This document shows, piece after piece, positions 1 through 17,405 of a stretch of 64,000 nt of DNA. How positions within the stretch are numbered: the stretch's first letter is position 1; every line of letters begins with the position of its first letter. Under the pieces are notes generated by a model. The model was given only the letters and a program-made list of their open reading frames with translations. It did no database searches and was not told where the DNA came from. The position numbers were made by a program, and so were the translations under genes. This stretch comes from Macrostomum hystrix (Eukaryota > Animalia > Platyhelminthes): positions 4,712,001 to 4,776,000 of the forward strand of contig CATNEN010000029.1 in NCBI GenBank assembly GCA_950097015.1, given 5' to 3'.

Positions 1-195
1 CCCGTGTCTTGAATCACCAATTAGCCATTGACTAATCTTTTCGTCTGTAGCTCTGGCTCATTTTTTTGCAAGACTGCTCCCAGATCGATGAGCGAATTTG
101 TGGCACAATTATTCTTGCCGTTTGATTTGTTACAGCATGAATGATGGGAGGCCTGCTTCTTGCTGTAGGAAATTTGCTCTGTCAGCAATTTTCTC

Positions 196-570
196 ATGCG
201 CATTCTCACCCATTCTCTCTCATTTTCTCACCCATTCTCTCCGTTTCTCACCCGTTCTCTCCGTTTCTCACCTCTTCTCTCTCATTTTCTCACCCATTCT
301 CTCTCATTTTCTCACCTCTTCTCTCTCATTTTCTCACCCATTCTCTCTCATTTTCTCACCCGTTCTCTCCGTTTCTCACCCGTTCTCTCCGTTTCTCACC
401 CGTTCTCTCCGTTTCTCACCCGTTCTCTCCGTTTCTCACCCGTTCTCTCCGTTTCTCACCTCTTCTCTCTCATTTTCTCACCTCTTCTCTCTCATTTTCT
501 CACCCGATCTCTCTCGCTTTCTCACCCGTTGTCTCTCATTTTCTCACCCACTCTTACCTTTCTTCTCATG
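196..570. repeat. Minisatellite, ~20-21-nt unit (TTCTCACCCGTTCTCTCCGT)
   Basis: Direct tandem copies are visible. Confidence 0.9.
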
Positions 571-1525
571 GTGAGACGTACAGCCCAGTCACAGCTATTG
601 CGCAACGCTAATAAAGGCTGCGCACAGCTGTTCAGTCCATGGACTGGGGTGACCGCCAAACTCAACCAAATTTCTTCATCAGCTGATGCGTGGACACAAA
701 TTTTTCCCTCTCAGTCAGAAGTCCGTAGCTATAATCACTGAGCTATAAATGCTGAACTATGTTTTACTATAGTTATGATAGTAAATTCGTAATACGCTGT
801 TAAAATGATATTTGAGCAGTTCTTGAGGATTAAGATAAAAGATCGGTGAAGAGAGAGGGGGAGAGGAAGCGGAGGGCGCCCCAGTCGCCAAAGTTTGATC
901 ACCAGGCTCCACTTCCTATTTCTCGGCCCCGACCATCATCTGCCCTCCCCGAAGCCTCCGGCCTACCAAGTCCACAAACGCCTGTCTCTGCGTGCGCCAG
1001 TCCCGGCTATTTGGAGACGACTCACGAGTTCTTCCTAGCGAAAAATGATGGCCAAGGACTGGTGAGAGGGCAGGAGGGAGAGAGGATCCAAGTCACAGCT
1101 GCAGCCACTTCCTCCGCCTCCTCCCTCTCCCATTGTGAAGTCACCTGCAGTCTTAAGCAGCATCTGAGAGGCTGACAGTCAGAGCACTTTAGCTGAGAGA
1201 AATAGTGTCCGGCTCCTTGAATTCATAGCGCTGTGATTTCCTCTGGCAGAAGTGCCGCTCGGGACAGCATTCCTATTCCGATCCCATCCGCCCACCCCAT
1301 CAAGATCCCGATTGGTGCGAATTCTCTTCCCTCTCTCTCCCTCGTCAGCAATTCCCCTCCTCGTTCCTCGGCGCCCTTAGCTAGCTGCGTTGACTTTCGC
1401 AGAGACTTTCAGAAGCGGAGAGACTTCCTAGCAACAGCAGCAGCAGCATCGTCATCTCACTTAAGAGTCGTCAGATTCCCAGCGTCACTCGCCGGATCCT
1501 TCATCAAGCAGGGTCGGGCAGAAAG

Positions 1526-4500
1526 ATGCGGCGACGGCTGGTCCCGGCCGCGGCCGTCGCCCTAGGCCTCGCCTTGGTCCTCGCCGTGCTATCCGCTTTA
1601 GCCGTTGCCCCGGTGGACTCTGTGGAAACCGAAGGCGGGCCGACAGTAGTCTATGGCCGGACTAGCAAGAAGAATCGCTCCCTGGAGAAGAAGCTCATCA
1701 AGACTCTGATCAAGCGCTACAATGAGACTGGAATAATTGGCAGGCCCGTGGCCCAGGCCTCCGACCTGCTGACCATCAGCTTCGGCCTGGCCATCATCCA
1801 GATCCTCGACTTGGACGAGAATCGTCAGTTCCTTCGCACCAACTGCTGGATGCGCTACGGCTGGCAGGACCCGCTGCTGAACTGGACCTGGCCAGGCACT
1901 GAGGAGACCCTGGCCTGGAAGAGCTTCGAGAACATCACCCAGGTGCGCCTGAATCCCGAGGACGTCTGGACGCCGGACATTCGATTGTTTAATTTCGCCG
2001 ACACCAGACTGAAGGAGAAGCGGACCGCTAGGATTGTGGTTTACCAGGACGGCAACGTGTTGTGGGTGCCGCAGAGCTTGTTCAAGAGCACCTGCGAGGT
2101 TGAGATCAAACACTTCCCATTCGACACCCAGACCTGCACTCTGGAATTCGGCTCCAGAACCTACGACCTCACAAAGATCAACCTCACCTGGTATCAGTAT
2201 GAGGTAGGTGGGCTTGACACAACCGGTCGATCCCATTAATTCTCCAATCTATACTCTCACTCTACAATCTGCCTGTCTCACTCTGCAATCTGCCTGTCTC
2301 ACTCTGCAATCTGCCTGTCTCACTCTGCAATCTGCCTGTCTCACTCTGCAATCTGCCTGTCTCACTCTGCAATCTGCCCTGTCTCACTCTGCAATCTGCC
2401 TGTCTCACTCTGCAATCTGTCTGTCTCACTCTGCAATCTGCCTGTCTCACTCTGCAATCTGCCTGTCTCACTCTGCAATCTGCCTGTCTCACTCTACAAT
2501 CTGCCTGTCTCACTATAATTTTGTTTGTTTGAATAAACTAACCTTGATTTTCTCGAAATTTTCCTCAACTGAGAGAAAGGCGTGTCCCTAACTGCGTGAC
2601 CCCTAATTACCCACGAGTTGCTTCAGGTTTTCTTCGGAAATCGCGACAGAAGAAGGTAATAATAAGAGGTGGCTAGATAGGGAAGCGAGAGCAACAAGCA
2701 GTGCAGTGATTGTGTCTCTTTTTTCAGACTGACTGACTGACTGACTGACTGACTGACTGACTGACTGACTGACTGACTGACTGACTGACTGACTGACTGA
2801 CTGACTGACTGACTGACTGACTGACTGACTGACTGACTGACTGACTGACTGACTGACTGACTGACTGACTGACTGACTGACTGACTGACTGACTGACTGA
2901 CTGACTGACTGACTGACTGACTGACTGACTGACTGACTGACTGACTGACTGACTGACTGACTGACTGACTGACTGACTGACTGACTGACTGACTGACTGA
3001 CTGACTGACTGACTGACTGACTGACTGACTGACTGACTGACTGACTGACTGACTGACTGACTGACTGACTGACTGACTGACTGACTGACTGACTGACTGA
3101 CTGACTGACTGACTGACTGACTGACTGACTGACGGTCAGCAACAAGGAAACTTAGTCTGAAGTATAAAAGTATGGAATCTTTCGCACTAGGCACAAATCG
3201 GATGCTTTCATAGAAAACGAGAAATTCTGTGTATCATCTGCTTCTACCCTAACAGAGAGAGGCTGGCCTAGAAGAACGGCCTCGACAATCTATATTTCGT
3301 TTTAGTCTAGGGCTAGATTTTTTTTCTCGTACAGAGAGGCAGCTGTCTGCAGCCTCCGCTTAATTCCGCGTGCTGCCAATTCGTTCAGCCGTAAATCCTT
3401 CAATGAAATTAATTGATCCCCGATGCGGATTAGGACTATAGGAGAAGATGGGGTGGATGGCCTTGTGAAACTGCTTTTGTAGATTTCCTCATACCAGCAG
3501 CCTCTGCACTATTCCCACAATCGAGCCGCGTGCCCAGGATTCTCGAAGCGAACCACCGCCTACCATCTGCGGATACTCCTGCCAGCCTTGGATATCCCAG
3601 CCTAGCACTTGCCTTTTCTGTTTGGCTCTTCTTTATCTTCCTCTTGCCTGCATTCGTACAACAGGGGCGGTAGGGGAACTGGCTGTTTTGGTTCCTCGTG
3701 ATGGACGTCTGTCTCCCCGCTGCGCCGAATTCTTTCAATTCCAAATCCCCCTTGAAAATCCCAGTCGAAAGCCACCTCAGATTGAATAAGGGGGCCTGAA
3801 AGCAGCTGGTTACGATTGCTGGCAGTCAGTCTTAGCGCACCAATCCCACATCGCCACTTCATCTTCATTCCTGCCGGCCCGTTCTATTTGTTATCGCCTG
3901 CTTCCTAGCAATCGCTTTCTTGTTTTTTCATTGAAGAAGGCAAAGTTTAATTTGTTGGACGCTGCAGAACAAACTAGATTCGCTCCGACCTCAGCTACAT
4001 TAGAGACAGAGCACATTTAGGTATCAAACTCTATGTATTCTAGAAAGATAGAGAGAGGTCAAGGCATATCTAATATGCATTTGCATTTTGGCTGTTTGAA
4101 CTTTTATATCTGGATTTCTCACACCCCCGCTCATGAGCTCGGCCTTCAAATCCTCTGGGGATCCGGTCGCGTGGCTTCGCTAAGGTTAGCGAGAATATAT
4201 TTAGAAACTCATCGCATTCGCAACTGCCGGATGCTGCAGTCACAGTTCCAGCACCGTTGAACCCAAAGCCTTCCTAGCCGAGATTCTCTGTCTCTCTGTC
4301 TGTTTCTCTGTCTGTCTCTCTGTCTGTCTCTCTGTCTGTCTCTCTGTCTGTCTCTGTGTCTCTCTGTCTGTCTCTCTGTCTGTCTCTCTGTCTGTCTCTC
4401 TGTCTGTTTCTCTGTCTGTCTCTCTGTCTGTCTCTCTGTCTGTCTCTCTGTCTCTCTGTCTGTCTCTCTGTCTGTCTCTCTGTCTGTCTCTCTGTCTGTC

Positions 4501-7500
4501 TCTCTGTCTGTCTCTGTCTCTCTGTCTGTCTCTCTGTCTGTCTCTGTCTCTCTGTCTCTCTCTGTCTCTCTGTCTCTCTTTGTGCCTTAGGCCCACAATC
4601 TTCCCAATTTTCGGGCAAATTTGAGGAAAATAAATCAAGGCATATAGCTGCAGCCACACTCATTTCACTATCGTCTGCTCAAAATGCTTTGAACTTAGAC
4701 TCTCAACCCACACCAGAGTATTCTGTGCTCCTCTCAGTACTCGTAAAATCTAAATTTGCAGCCACCGAGCTACGATATCTCATTTCAAAAGAGCACACAA
4801 GATATGATTAATACTATTAGTAATAATAATAACTATTGAGCCTATTATAAGCATAAGTATTGGTCACGCTTCATTGACAACCTCTGGATAAGGCGGTTCA
4901 GAGCCCGAAGTTCAGGCAAGCAATCTGAGGCGATTATGACCGCTGCTCTCCGGGGCCAGAATATCGGAAGAAGGGATCTAGGACTCATGAGTTCTTTCCC
5001 CGCGGCCAGGGAGGCTCGGTACTTGAGTCCCCCCCAGCGCTTGAGATCAAAGCCTAGCGACTCTGCAGCGAGAGGAGAAAAATAATCTGACTGAATTATC
5101 TGGGAAAATCGGGGCCGCGGTAGCCTGCACTGCAACAAGCAATTTGCATACTTAACTGTATATTGCGAGACTCCGGCTTGTACTTTTCATTTCAGGGGCT
5201 CGTCGCATTCTGCACAGCAGGTCCCAGGTTCGAGTCCTCATTGGGGCAAGAGAATAGTTTTGAGTAAAACATTCGAGTTTTTTGCACAAATTTATCAACT
5301 AGGAGCCATCCAGTTAGACTGTGATGCTGCTGTTTGAGTGGCTTTAGGAACACTGTCTGTATCTGTATCTCTGTCTCTACCTCTGTTTATCTGTTTCTCT
5401 CTCCACGTCTTTCCGTCTCTCCCTGCTTCTCTTGTCCCTCTCTGTCCTTATCTCTGTCTCCCTGTCTTTCTGACTTAGACATTTCACCAGGACAGAGCAA
5501 CTGAAGCCAATCATGAGTCCTTCCCTGCTTAATTAGCTGAGCATCCTGAGTCCTTACTCAGGCTCCGGAACAGCTTAAAGTTAATGACAATTTCGGTACA
5601 GAGATTCTTTCAATAGCGGGAATCTGCGGAATTTTCTCAGCTCAATGTGCATTCAGTAGCAGAAACTAGCAAATTAATGTTCAATGGATGTATCGGATGT
5701 AGAATCCACAGTTAAATTTATGCTAATCCCTTACTCCGAAAACTAGAAGAAAAACAGCCGAACCCCACACACACGCCATGCACTGTGTGCTTGCCAACGT
5801 CATAAACCTGTTGAACATTCAGCCTGCATCATCTTGGCTACAGAGGATGGGCTGTGTGCACCCTTTATTTTATGTTGCACTTGGGATCTTAAAAATCTTA
5901 TGGGATATTTTCTAGGATAGAACCGGGAACAAGTTATTCAGGCCGAGCTGTCCGCCCCCACTCCGCAAAACTGCACTGATCCTCATGCCGCGCTTCCACA
6001 TGAGATGTCGACCGGTCTGAGCTGGGCTTGGCGGGTTCGCGATTCTGGCAGCTCCATCAAATTTATTTTCGGTCCCGACTCGTCTCGTCTCGCTCCATCA
6101 AATTACGTTCTCAAGCTCAAAATGCAGTTTTTTTCTAGATTCCCATCTCTGAGATTCTTCTGCCTGCCGTCCTTGCTTGACAGTCTGTCTGTCTGTCTGT
6201 CTGTTCCCTGTCTGTCTGTCTGTTCTCTGTCTGTCTTTCTGTCTATCTTTCTGTCTGACTTTTTGTCTGTCTGTCCGCTTCTAAGACATCCCCGTGGATT
6301 AACTCCGAAGCATAAAGTCTATACATTGATAAGAAAACGTCGCCAAGGCAGAGAAATTGACACTGACTCATAGTGACAGTGTGAGAGCTAGCCAGTATAG
6401 CCTCCTTCGGCGCGGCGTGTCCTCATTTTGCTGGCAAAAGAAAAGCTGACTGCCTGCTGTGACGAGACTTCGGACCGGTAAGAGAGAGGCAGAGAAGAGG
6501 GGAGAAGAGGAGAACTGCCCGGAATTGAATTTTCCTCCTAATCAGCCTGACCCAGCATGGACTCAACGAAAAACTGGCGAGCGCTCAGGAAGAGTAGAAG
6601 AAGAGATGAAGGGTGAATGCCCCACCTCAGCCTGTTCCACTGAGCGCCAAAAGCTTTATCATCCTGACCGATGCGCTGGCACTGGCCTATTCTTCTGCCT
6701 CCTCTCTCCCTGCCTATCCATACTTTCTCTACCCCCCTCCCGAACCGGCGAACTAATCCGTCGATAATCCCGGCTAGCGGCAGCCAGTCTCCGGGCCTTC
6801 ATATCAGCCAGCGGATATAGGACATGGAGATGGATGACTCCGCTGCGGGTGGACACTCGAGAACTGACTATAGTATAGTAACTCTCTGCTGTGTTTGCGC
6901 AAAACTTGACGGGTCTTCAGTCGCTGGGGGGATGGGCCGAAGGGTAGGGGGGGGCTTATTGGATCAGCTATCCCGCGTCGGTGACGGGCAAATAGTCAGC
7001 TTGAAGTACCCTGGCCAATTCCAATCTAGCTCAATTTTCCTGTCCAAAAGTGGGCGCCAGTTAGCCAGCATCAGGCAGTAAAATTCGTTGCCAAAGTTTC
7101 CAAGTGGCCCAATCAAGAGTTGCTCTGCTAGACGAGAGACTGCTGCAGTTGAGAGTAACAGAGAGCTGCGGCTAATGATGGCACAGTCGCAAAGCAGCTG
7201 AGACTGTTGATAAATTTCACGAGCTAAGGAGCTAACACATATGAGTGTGTGTCTGCTTACGTACCCATATGCATCTGTGCTTAGGGTTTCAGCGGACAGT
7301 TCAGTCCAAGGATCGCAGGAACAACACACTCCCCTCAATTATCCTATCTAATGCTGGTACCCATTTAATAGCTTGGTGAATCGAAGCAATTCAGAGTCAA
7401 GTGTCTTGCTAAAGGGCATAAATTGTTCCAGTAGAGAATCGAACCCCCGCCCTGTAAGTCATGAGACCGTGACGCTCTAACCGCCGGGGCTATTGCATCA

Positions 7501-8890
7501 GTAATAATAATGATAGTAATAAATATGTATGGTAATAATGCTAAGAGTAGGATTAATGGGGTCATGGACTACTGAATCGTCATATAGTTAAGTAGTCCGT
7601 GAATCGTAAATCAAGCAAGCTATTACATTAAAAAAGCGATTCCAAATGCCTCGTCATCTAACAAACACTCGTTCTCTCCAAACCAGTACGACGCCAACCA
7701 GTACGAGCCGAATCCGTACGTGGACTTCACCAACTACATCAAGAGTCACGAGTGGATCACCGACGGCCAGGAGGAGTTCAATGTGCGGCCCTCGCTGCGC
7801 CAGCGCCAGCTGAAGTCGCGCATGAAGTGCAAGCGGATCACCACTCTCGATCGCAACGGCACCACACAGACGCGAATCTACCAGAGCCTGGTCTTCAAGA
7901 TACGCATGCGTCGCAACCCGGCCTTCTACCTGTCAATCCTGGTGCTACCCTGCATCCTGCTGTCCTGCCTCACCTGGGTGATCTTCTGGCTGCCGCCGGA
8001 GTCGCCAGCTAAAATGCTGCTCGGCATGAACATCTTTGTGGCCTTCTTTGTGCTGATGCTGCTGCTGGCCAAGACCACGCCGAGCGCCGTTCAGGTGATC
8101 CTCGCCCTATCGCCCTATCGCCCTATCGTCCTATCGCCCTATCGCCCTATCGTCCTATCGCCCTATCGCCCTATCGCCCTTCTTATTTCTATCACTCCCA
8201 TTAATCTAGCTAGTATTCACAAATCTATAAAAAATATAATAACAACTGGCTTCAACTGTCCCGCCATTGTAGGACTTTCCGTATATAGGGTACTTCTACG
8301 GCTTCAACATGGTGTTGATCACACTCAGCACATTCCTGGCGGCCATTGTTCTGAACTTCTACGTCCGCGCGGAGCGGCAGAGTCCTATGAACCGCTTCCT
8401 GCGCCGCTGGGCTGTGGACGGCCTCGGCCGCCTGTTCCTGGTTCGCCAGGCCATCCCGCTGAAGACTCCAGCCGAGTTGAGCGCCGCCAGGACTGCGGCC
8501 GAGGCGGCCGCCCTCCGCAGCGCCAGCCACCAGACCCTGTCGGGCGGCCTAGCAGTCAGCGCCAAGTCTGTCACGGACGAGGCCGGCGACTCGCCAATCC
8601 TGACGATGCCTTCAGGCACTGGCGGAGCGGCTCAGTGCGGCGCCGTCGAACGGGAAGTTCGCGAGATTCGACAGTTTCTGAAGTCGTACGTTGGCCGGCT
8701 TAAAGAGAAGGACAGGCGCAACATGGCAGCAATGGAGTGGCGCACCCTGGCCATGGTGCTGGACCGCCTGTTCTTCACCGCCTACCTTATCTGCATAGCC
8801 GGCGCCGTTATTGTATTCATTCCGCGCGGACACGAGCCGATTGTAGACAAGATGGACTCTCGGGAGAGTGACGCCTGCTACGTACCCTGA
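1526..8890 (+). CDS. Nicotinic acetylcholine receptor-like Cys-loop channel subunit, non-alpha, predicted anion-selective (ACC-like); 3 exons, ~567 aa
   Basis: join(1526..2203,7687..8094,8273..8890), 1704 nt. Both introns are phase 0: GAG|GTAGGT...CTCCAAACCAG|TAC and CAG|GTGATC...TTGTAG|GAC. Protein has a signal peptide, WTPDIRLFN (loop A), Cys-loop CEVEIKHFPFDTQTC, M1 (RRNPAFYLSILVLPCILLS), PPESPAK-M2, M3 (FPYIGYFYGFNMVLITLS) and M4 (EWRTLAMVLDRLFF). No vicinal Cys-Cys in loop C. AATAAA at 8972. Confidence 0.93.
2258..2512. repeat. Minisatellite, 21-nt unit (CTCACTCTGCAATCTGCCTGT)
   Basis: About 12 copies, starting ~55 nt after the nAChR exon 1 donor. Confidence 0.92.
2728..3133. repeat. 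(GACT)n microsatellite, ~100 perfect units
   Basis: Uninterrupted GACT run. Confidence 0.98.
4286..4578. repeat. TC/TCTG compound repeat (~12-nt CTCTCTGTCTGT)
   Basis: Tandem copies are visible. Confidence 0.9.
7350..7495 (-). mobile_element. SINE family A, partial
   Basis: ATGCTGGTACCCATTTAATAGC...AGTGTCTTGCTAAAGG...GAATCGAACCCCC...GACGCTCTAACC. Confidence 0.7.
8101..8178. repeat. (CCTATCG)n heptamer repeat in nAChR intron 2
   Basis: About 11 copies starting 6 nt after the donor at 8095. Confidence 0.88.
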
Positions 8891-10254
8891 CTCCGACGTC
8901 GGGACAATGACGCAACACGGGACATGAATGCAGTTCGGCCCATTCCTGGCCCTTAGACTGTACACCAAGTAAATAAAACCCGATCCACCGCCGCTTCTTT
9001 AGTTCTGAGAATTCGAACTCAGGATCGCTGGTGTGATTTTGTCGCACGTTTTCTGCGGTCTTTTGTCTGTCGAAAAAATCTGCGAAGCGACAAACACTCA
9101 CTCGCATTGTTTGTGCGGACTGCCTGTGCACTTTAAATATCGAATAACGATTCGCACTTATAGAGAGGCTTATCTCCATAGAACACAATGCTCACAGCGA
9201 ATCGAGTCGGCGAATTGGAGTCACCGACAAGGCTTATACTCAACCGAGAATGCGTTTCTAATGCATGCCCAATTTTCTTGAATGCAAGAAGAAATCTGTT
9301 TTATACTACTGATACTATAAACACTATCATAAGCATTGAATCTAGCTACTTTATAAGAAACATTCAGTCGAAAAATTCTCTTTACGTCGCCTAATCTATC
9401 ATCTCACCAATGCGCATTGTACTGACACTTCACACCTTGATATTTATTTATTATTGTGATCCTGACCTTTTGCGATTATTAATACGAGCGTATTTACTCA
9501 CATGCAAAATCAACAACACTTGCGTTGACTGAAGTTAAAATCGAGTCACGTGATTTAAATTAAAATAGTCGATTGACTGGACTGAAAAATCAACTTGTAA
9601 GTAAAAATTGAGACGCACCTGGCAGATTTGCAACTGTGCACCTGCGTAACAGTATCCGTGAATGTGTGTTTTGGAATCACTGCTCGCTGGCTGTGAGTCT
9701 ACAGTCGCTGTGCCAAAGTGCTTAGAATGTCCCAGAAAAAATAAGCATATTTTGTTCAGTTATAAAGAAACGCAACATACACTCGTACACAATTCAGTTT
9801 TTATTTACCAAAAAGATGTTCTCACTTCCCAGCGTGAAGTGAGTGCACTTGGCGATGCATAGAATCATGCCAAATGAAGCCAATTTATTATTAGACAAAC
9901 AATGGCTCGCCTCCCATGAAGAGGGATTCGATCCCACAGTTTCGGGAAGACGGCTCATCAAAAAGAAATAGAATACCGGTAAAAATTCAACGGATAATAA
10001 TATTTTTAGCTTTCTTGCGAACGTTTCAGATTGAGAAAATTACCTAGCACCTGCCTGCGATAGAAACTGATTGATTGGAGTCTTTCTGTCAAATGGGATA
10101 GCAAATTATGCGACTAAGATGTCAAGATGCAAAAGTATATAAATAAGAACCTGTCTAAAAAGCGAAGCTTCTAATATATAAAGAGGGCTCAGAATTAAGC
10201 AGAAAGCAGGAGTACTTGAGTGCCAGCATAGGCGAAAGCAGTGCATCCAGCAAC

Positions 10255-10920
10255 ACATCACTGACAGTAACAGCAGTGACAGCATCATCACTGACAGCCT
10301 CATCACTGAAAGCAACAGCACTGACAGCCTCATCACTGAAAGCAACAGCACTGACAGCCTCATCACTGAAAGCAACAGCACTGACAGCCTCATCACTGAA
10401 AGCAACAGCACTGACAGCCTCATCACTGAAAGCAACAGCACTGACAGCAGCATCACTGACAGCAACAGCACTGACAGCAGCATCACTGACAGCAACAGCA
10501 CTGACAGCAGCATCACTGACAGCAACAGCACTGACAGCATCATCACTGACAGCCTCATCACTGAAAGCAACAGCACTGACAGCCTCATCACTGAAAGCAA
10601 CAGCACTGACAGCCTCATCACTGAAAGCAACAGCACTGACAGCCTCATCACTGAAAGCAACAGCACTGACAGCCTCATCACTGAAAGCAACAGCACTGAC
10701 AGCCTCATCACTGAAAGCAACAGCACTGACAGCAGCATCACTGACAGCAACAGCACTGACAGCAGCATCACTGACAGCAACAGCACTGACAGCAGCATCA
10801 CTGACAGCAACAGCACTGACAGCAGCATCACTGACAGCAACAGCACTGACAGCAGCATCACTGACAGTAACAGCACTGACAGCAGCATCACTGACAGTAA
10901 CAGCACTGACAGTAACAGCA
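10255..10920. repeat. Minisatellite, 30-nt unit (CACTGACAGCCTCATCACTGAAAGCAACAG) built from 15-nt halves
   Basis: Tandem copies just downstream of the tubulin stop codon. Confidence 0.92.
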
Positions 10921-11005
10921 ATAAACATGAAGACAGTCCGGACAAACGGATATTGACAAGCAAGCAGAAACAGGTTTCACATGCGCTGTCATCAGCAGCA
11001 ATGGC

Positions 11006-14975
<3,970 letters not shown>

Positions 14976-15629
14976 TGTTTTTCAAAGAAGAAAATAAGTT
15001 TGGAATTGCTGTGAAGCCTCAGGCAGCAGATATGAATTCAGATAGATGGGTCAAAGAACTTTCACCACAGGAAGCAGCAGAATTTATCTTTCTGTCTTTT
15101 CGGCTTTCTGAATAATTCTGGTCTTCCATTGGGTGGAACAGACTGGATGAGTCAGAGTGTCTGGCGGTTCAAACCGAGTTTGCTTTCCTTCAGCCAGCCA
15201 GCCAGACAAAGAGAGAGTGGAATGTAAAGCCTCTGTGATGTATTACAGTTTGGTGCTAAAGCCGAAGGTCCGGCCCAGCATCTGACTCTCTCTCCCTCTC
15301 ACATTTTGGAGCCAGCCCTTCCTTGCTACGGAATGCTGGAAGGCACCTCCGCCCCTGTTGCTTACCGGACGCTTAGTCATCTGCGGGATGCAGTTTTTTT
15401 GTCGGCCATATTCGTGCCGAGATACAGTAAATCGGGTTTTTCCCCAAAGGTTGCCTCCCTCCTTCCTCGTATCCCATATCCGTTGTCCACAATGTGCCGT
15501 TGCCATCTCTCACTGTCTGGCTGTTTGGCCTTGTTCCTAATTAGCGTCGGACACTGCAGGAGGGATAAGAGGGAAAGCTTAGCAGCGAGCGATTCCTGAA
15601 GTCGCTTTTTTGTCCCATAATAATTACTT

Positions 15630-15905
15630 GTATAATAATAATAATTGATTACACCTGCCCCAATCGGGCCAGATGAGCAGCCGACAGCACAGCCGCTAGC
15701 TATCGCGCGGCGCATCTGAAGGCTGCGTACGGCTGTTCAGTCCATGGACTGGGGGGACGCCACACCCACCTTCAATTATCCCAACTGAAGCAATGCAGAG
15801 TTAAGTGTCTTGCTAAAGGACACAAATTGTTTCAGTGGAGTCGGGAATCGAACCCCCGACCTTCAAGTCGTGAGTCCGACGCCCTAATTAGTAGGCTACA
15901 ACCTC
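15630..15905 (-). mobile_element. SINE family A, near full length (tRNA-like head, CORE-like middle, AT/ATT tail)
   Basis: Minus strand reads ...TTAGGGCGTCGGACTCACGACTTGAAGGTCGGGGGTTCGATTCCCGACTCCAC (B-box GGTTCGATTCC), then GTGTCCTTTAGCAAGACACTTAACTCTGCATTGCTTCAGT, the palindrome CAGTCCATGGACTG and an (ATT)n tail. Homologous copies occur elsewhere in the window. Confidence 0.8.
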
Positions 15906-16629
15906 ATACTAGGCTACAACCTCATAAATGTCTCATAAATTGTCCCATAAATGTCCATGGGCAAGCCATTATTAGGATACCTATCTGGGTTCTCACTTCA
16001 CTACTATTGAAGTACTGTATCACTAGCTCATGTCACCTGTGCTCATGTTAATCACATTAATATTAATGTATCTATTAAATAAAAACTTGCACAAAACTTG
16101 CACAACACAACAGTTTTATTTTTCTGGCTTAGTTTTGGTGCAACTAAACAAGTTTGTACATTGGCTAGGCTAAAGTAAATGTAAAATATTTGATGAAATA
16201 TATAAAATTCGCTAGCAAAGCTTTAGCACATTCTAACAGCAGTTTCGTGGCATTAAAATTACGCATAAAATACGTAGAGACATTATAATACGAGCGTACA
16301 GTCATCCGTTTACAAAAAAGCGACAATGAATAACTGTGTTTCAAGCTGCATCCAATGGTTAAAAATTATCGATGATTTGAACCTAATTGGCCATGTACAA
16401 AGCAACACTTTTTAGAACATGCCCTACATTGCTTCAATTTTATCATAGTAAAATTACAATCATAAAATCAAATAGTCATTCTGAAATTATGAGAAGCTGA
16501 TAGTCACAGCCAAAATAGTTATGTACACAAAACAATATGTTTTTCAAACTTCGAAACACAATGTGGATTGATAATTTATTCGTAGAAAACAGCTTAGACT
16601 TATAAACAGACACTTATGTTTACTCAGCG

Positions 16630-17047
16630 TGATCAACTTCAGGAAAATCCACTTGAGGGAGATGCACTTCAGGGGATCCACCTCAAGGATATCTACTTCA
16701 GGGAGATCTACTTCAGGGAGATCCACTTCGGGGATATCTACTTCAGGAAAATCCACTTCAGGGAGATCCACTTCAGGGAGATCCACTTCAGGAAGATCCA
16801 CTTCAGGGATATCCACTTCAGGGATATCCACTTCAGGGCGATCCACTTCAGGGAGATCCACTTCAGGAAGATCCACTTCAGGGATATCCACTTCAGGGAT
16901 ATCCACTTCAGGGAGATCCACTTCAGGAAGATCCACTTCAGGAAGATCCACTTCAGGGAGATCCACTTCAGGGATATCCACTTCAGGGATATCCACTTCA
17001 GCGAGATCCACTTCAGGGCGATCCATTTCAGGTAGATCCACCTTAGG
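16630..17047. repeat. Minisatellite, 15-nt unit (GGGAGATCCACTTCA)
   Basis: About 27 copies; related to the 14352 array. Confidence 0.92.
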
Positions 17048-17405
17048 GATTCCAAAGCATAAAATTCAAATTTGAATATGACAATTGATAATAAATCATC
17101 AGTTTGACATCAGCTGAAACTGCGATTCAAACATTATACAAATAAAAGTCTGTTAAAATCGGGTATAAAGTTTTACTGACACAATGCTTCTACACCAGGT
17201 GGATTGTGCTTACAGTAATACTGCGAAAAGCGGCTAATTTTGAATGGGCTGTGGGACGCCATTTGATTTTCTCTTTTAAAAACAGTTTTCAGAACTGCCT
17301 ACTTATAGCAGTTGTTCTTCAAGGAAAGTATGAATCGATTTTAACAGAATAAAATGCGTCGCAGCCTACTCAAATTAGGTAGCACAGTAGTCGAGCGGGG
17401 ATCAG

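Noticed and set aside
4845-5138. VIIASDCLPELRAL resembling a non-LTR RNase H motif
   Set aside because: It is a single short motif with no other recognisable RT or RNase H blocks, so it is too weak to call.
10106-10963. Ala/Thr/Ser-rich (antifreeze- or mucin-like) ORFs
   Set aside because: They are a 30-nt tandem repeat open in several frames on both strands, with no splice or start context.
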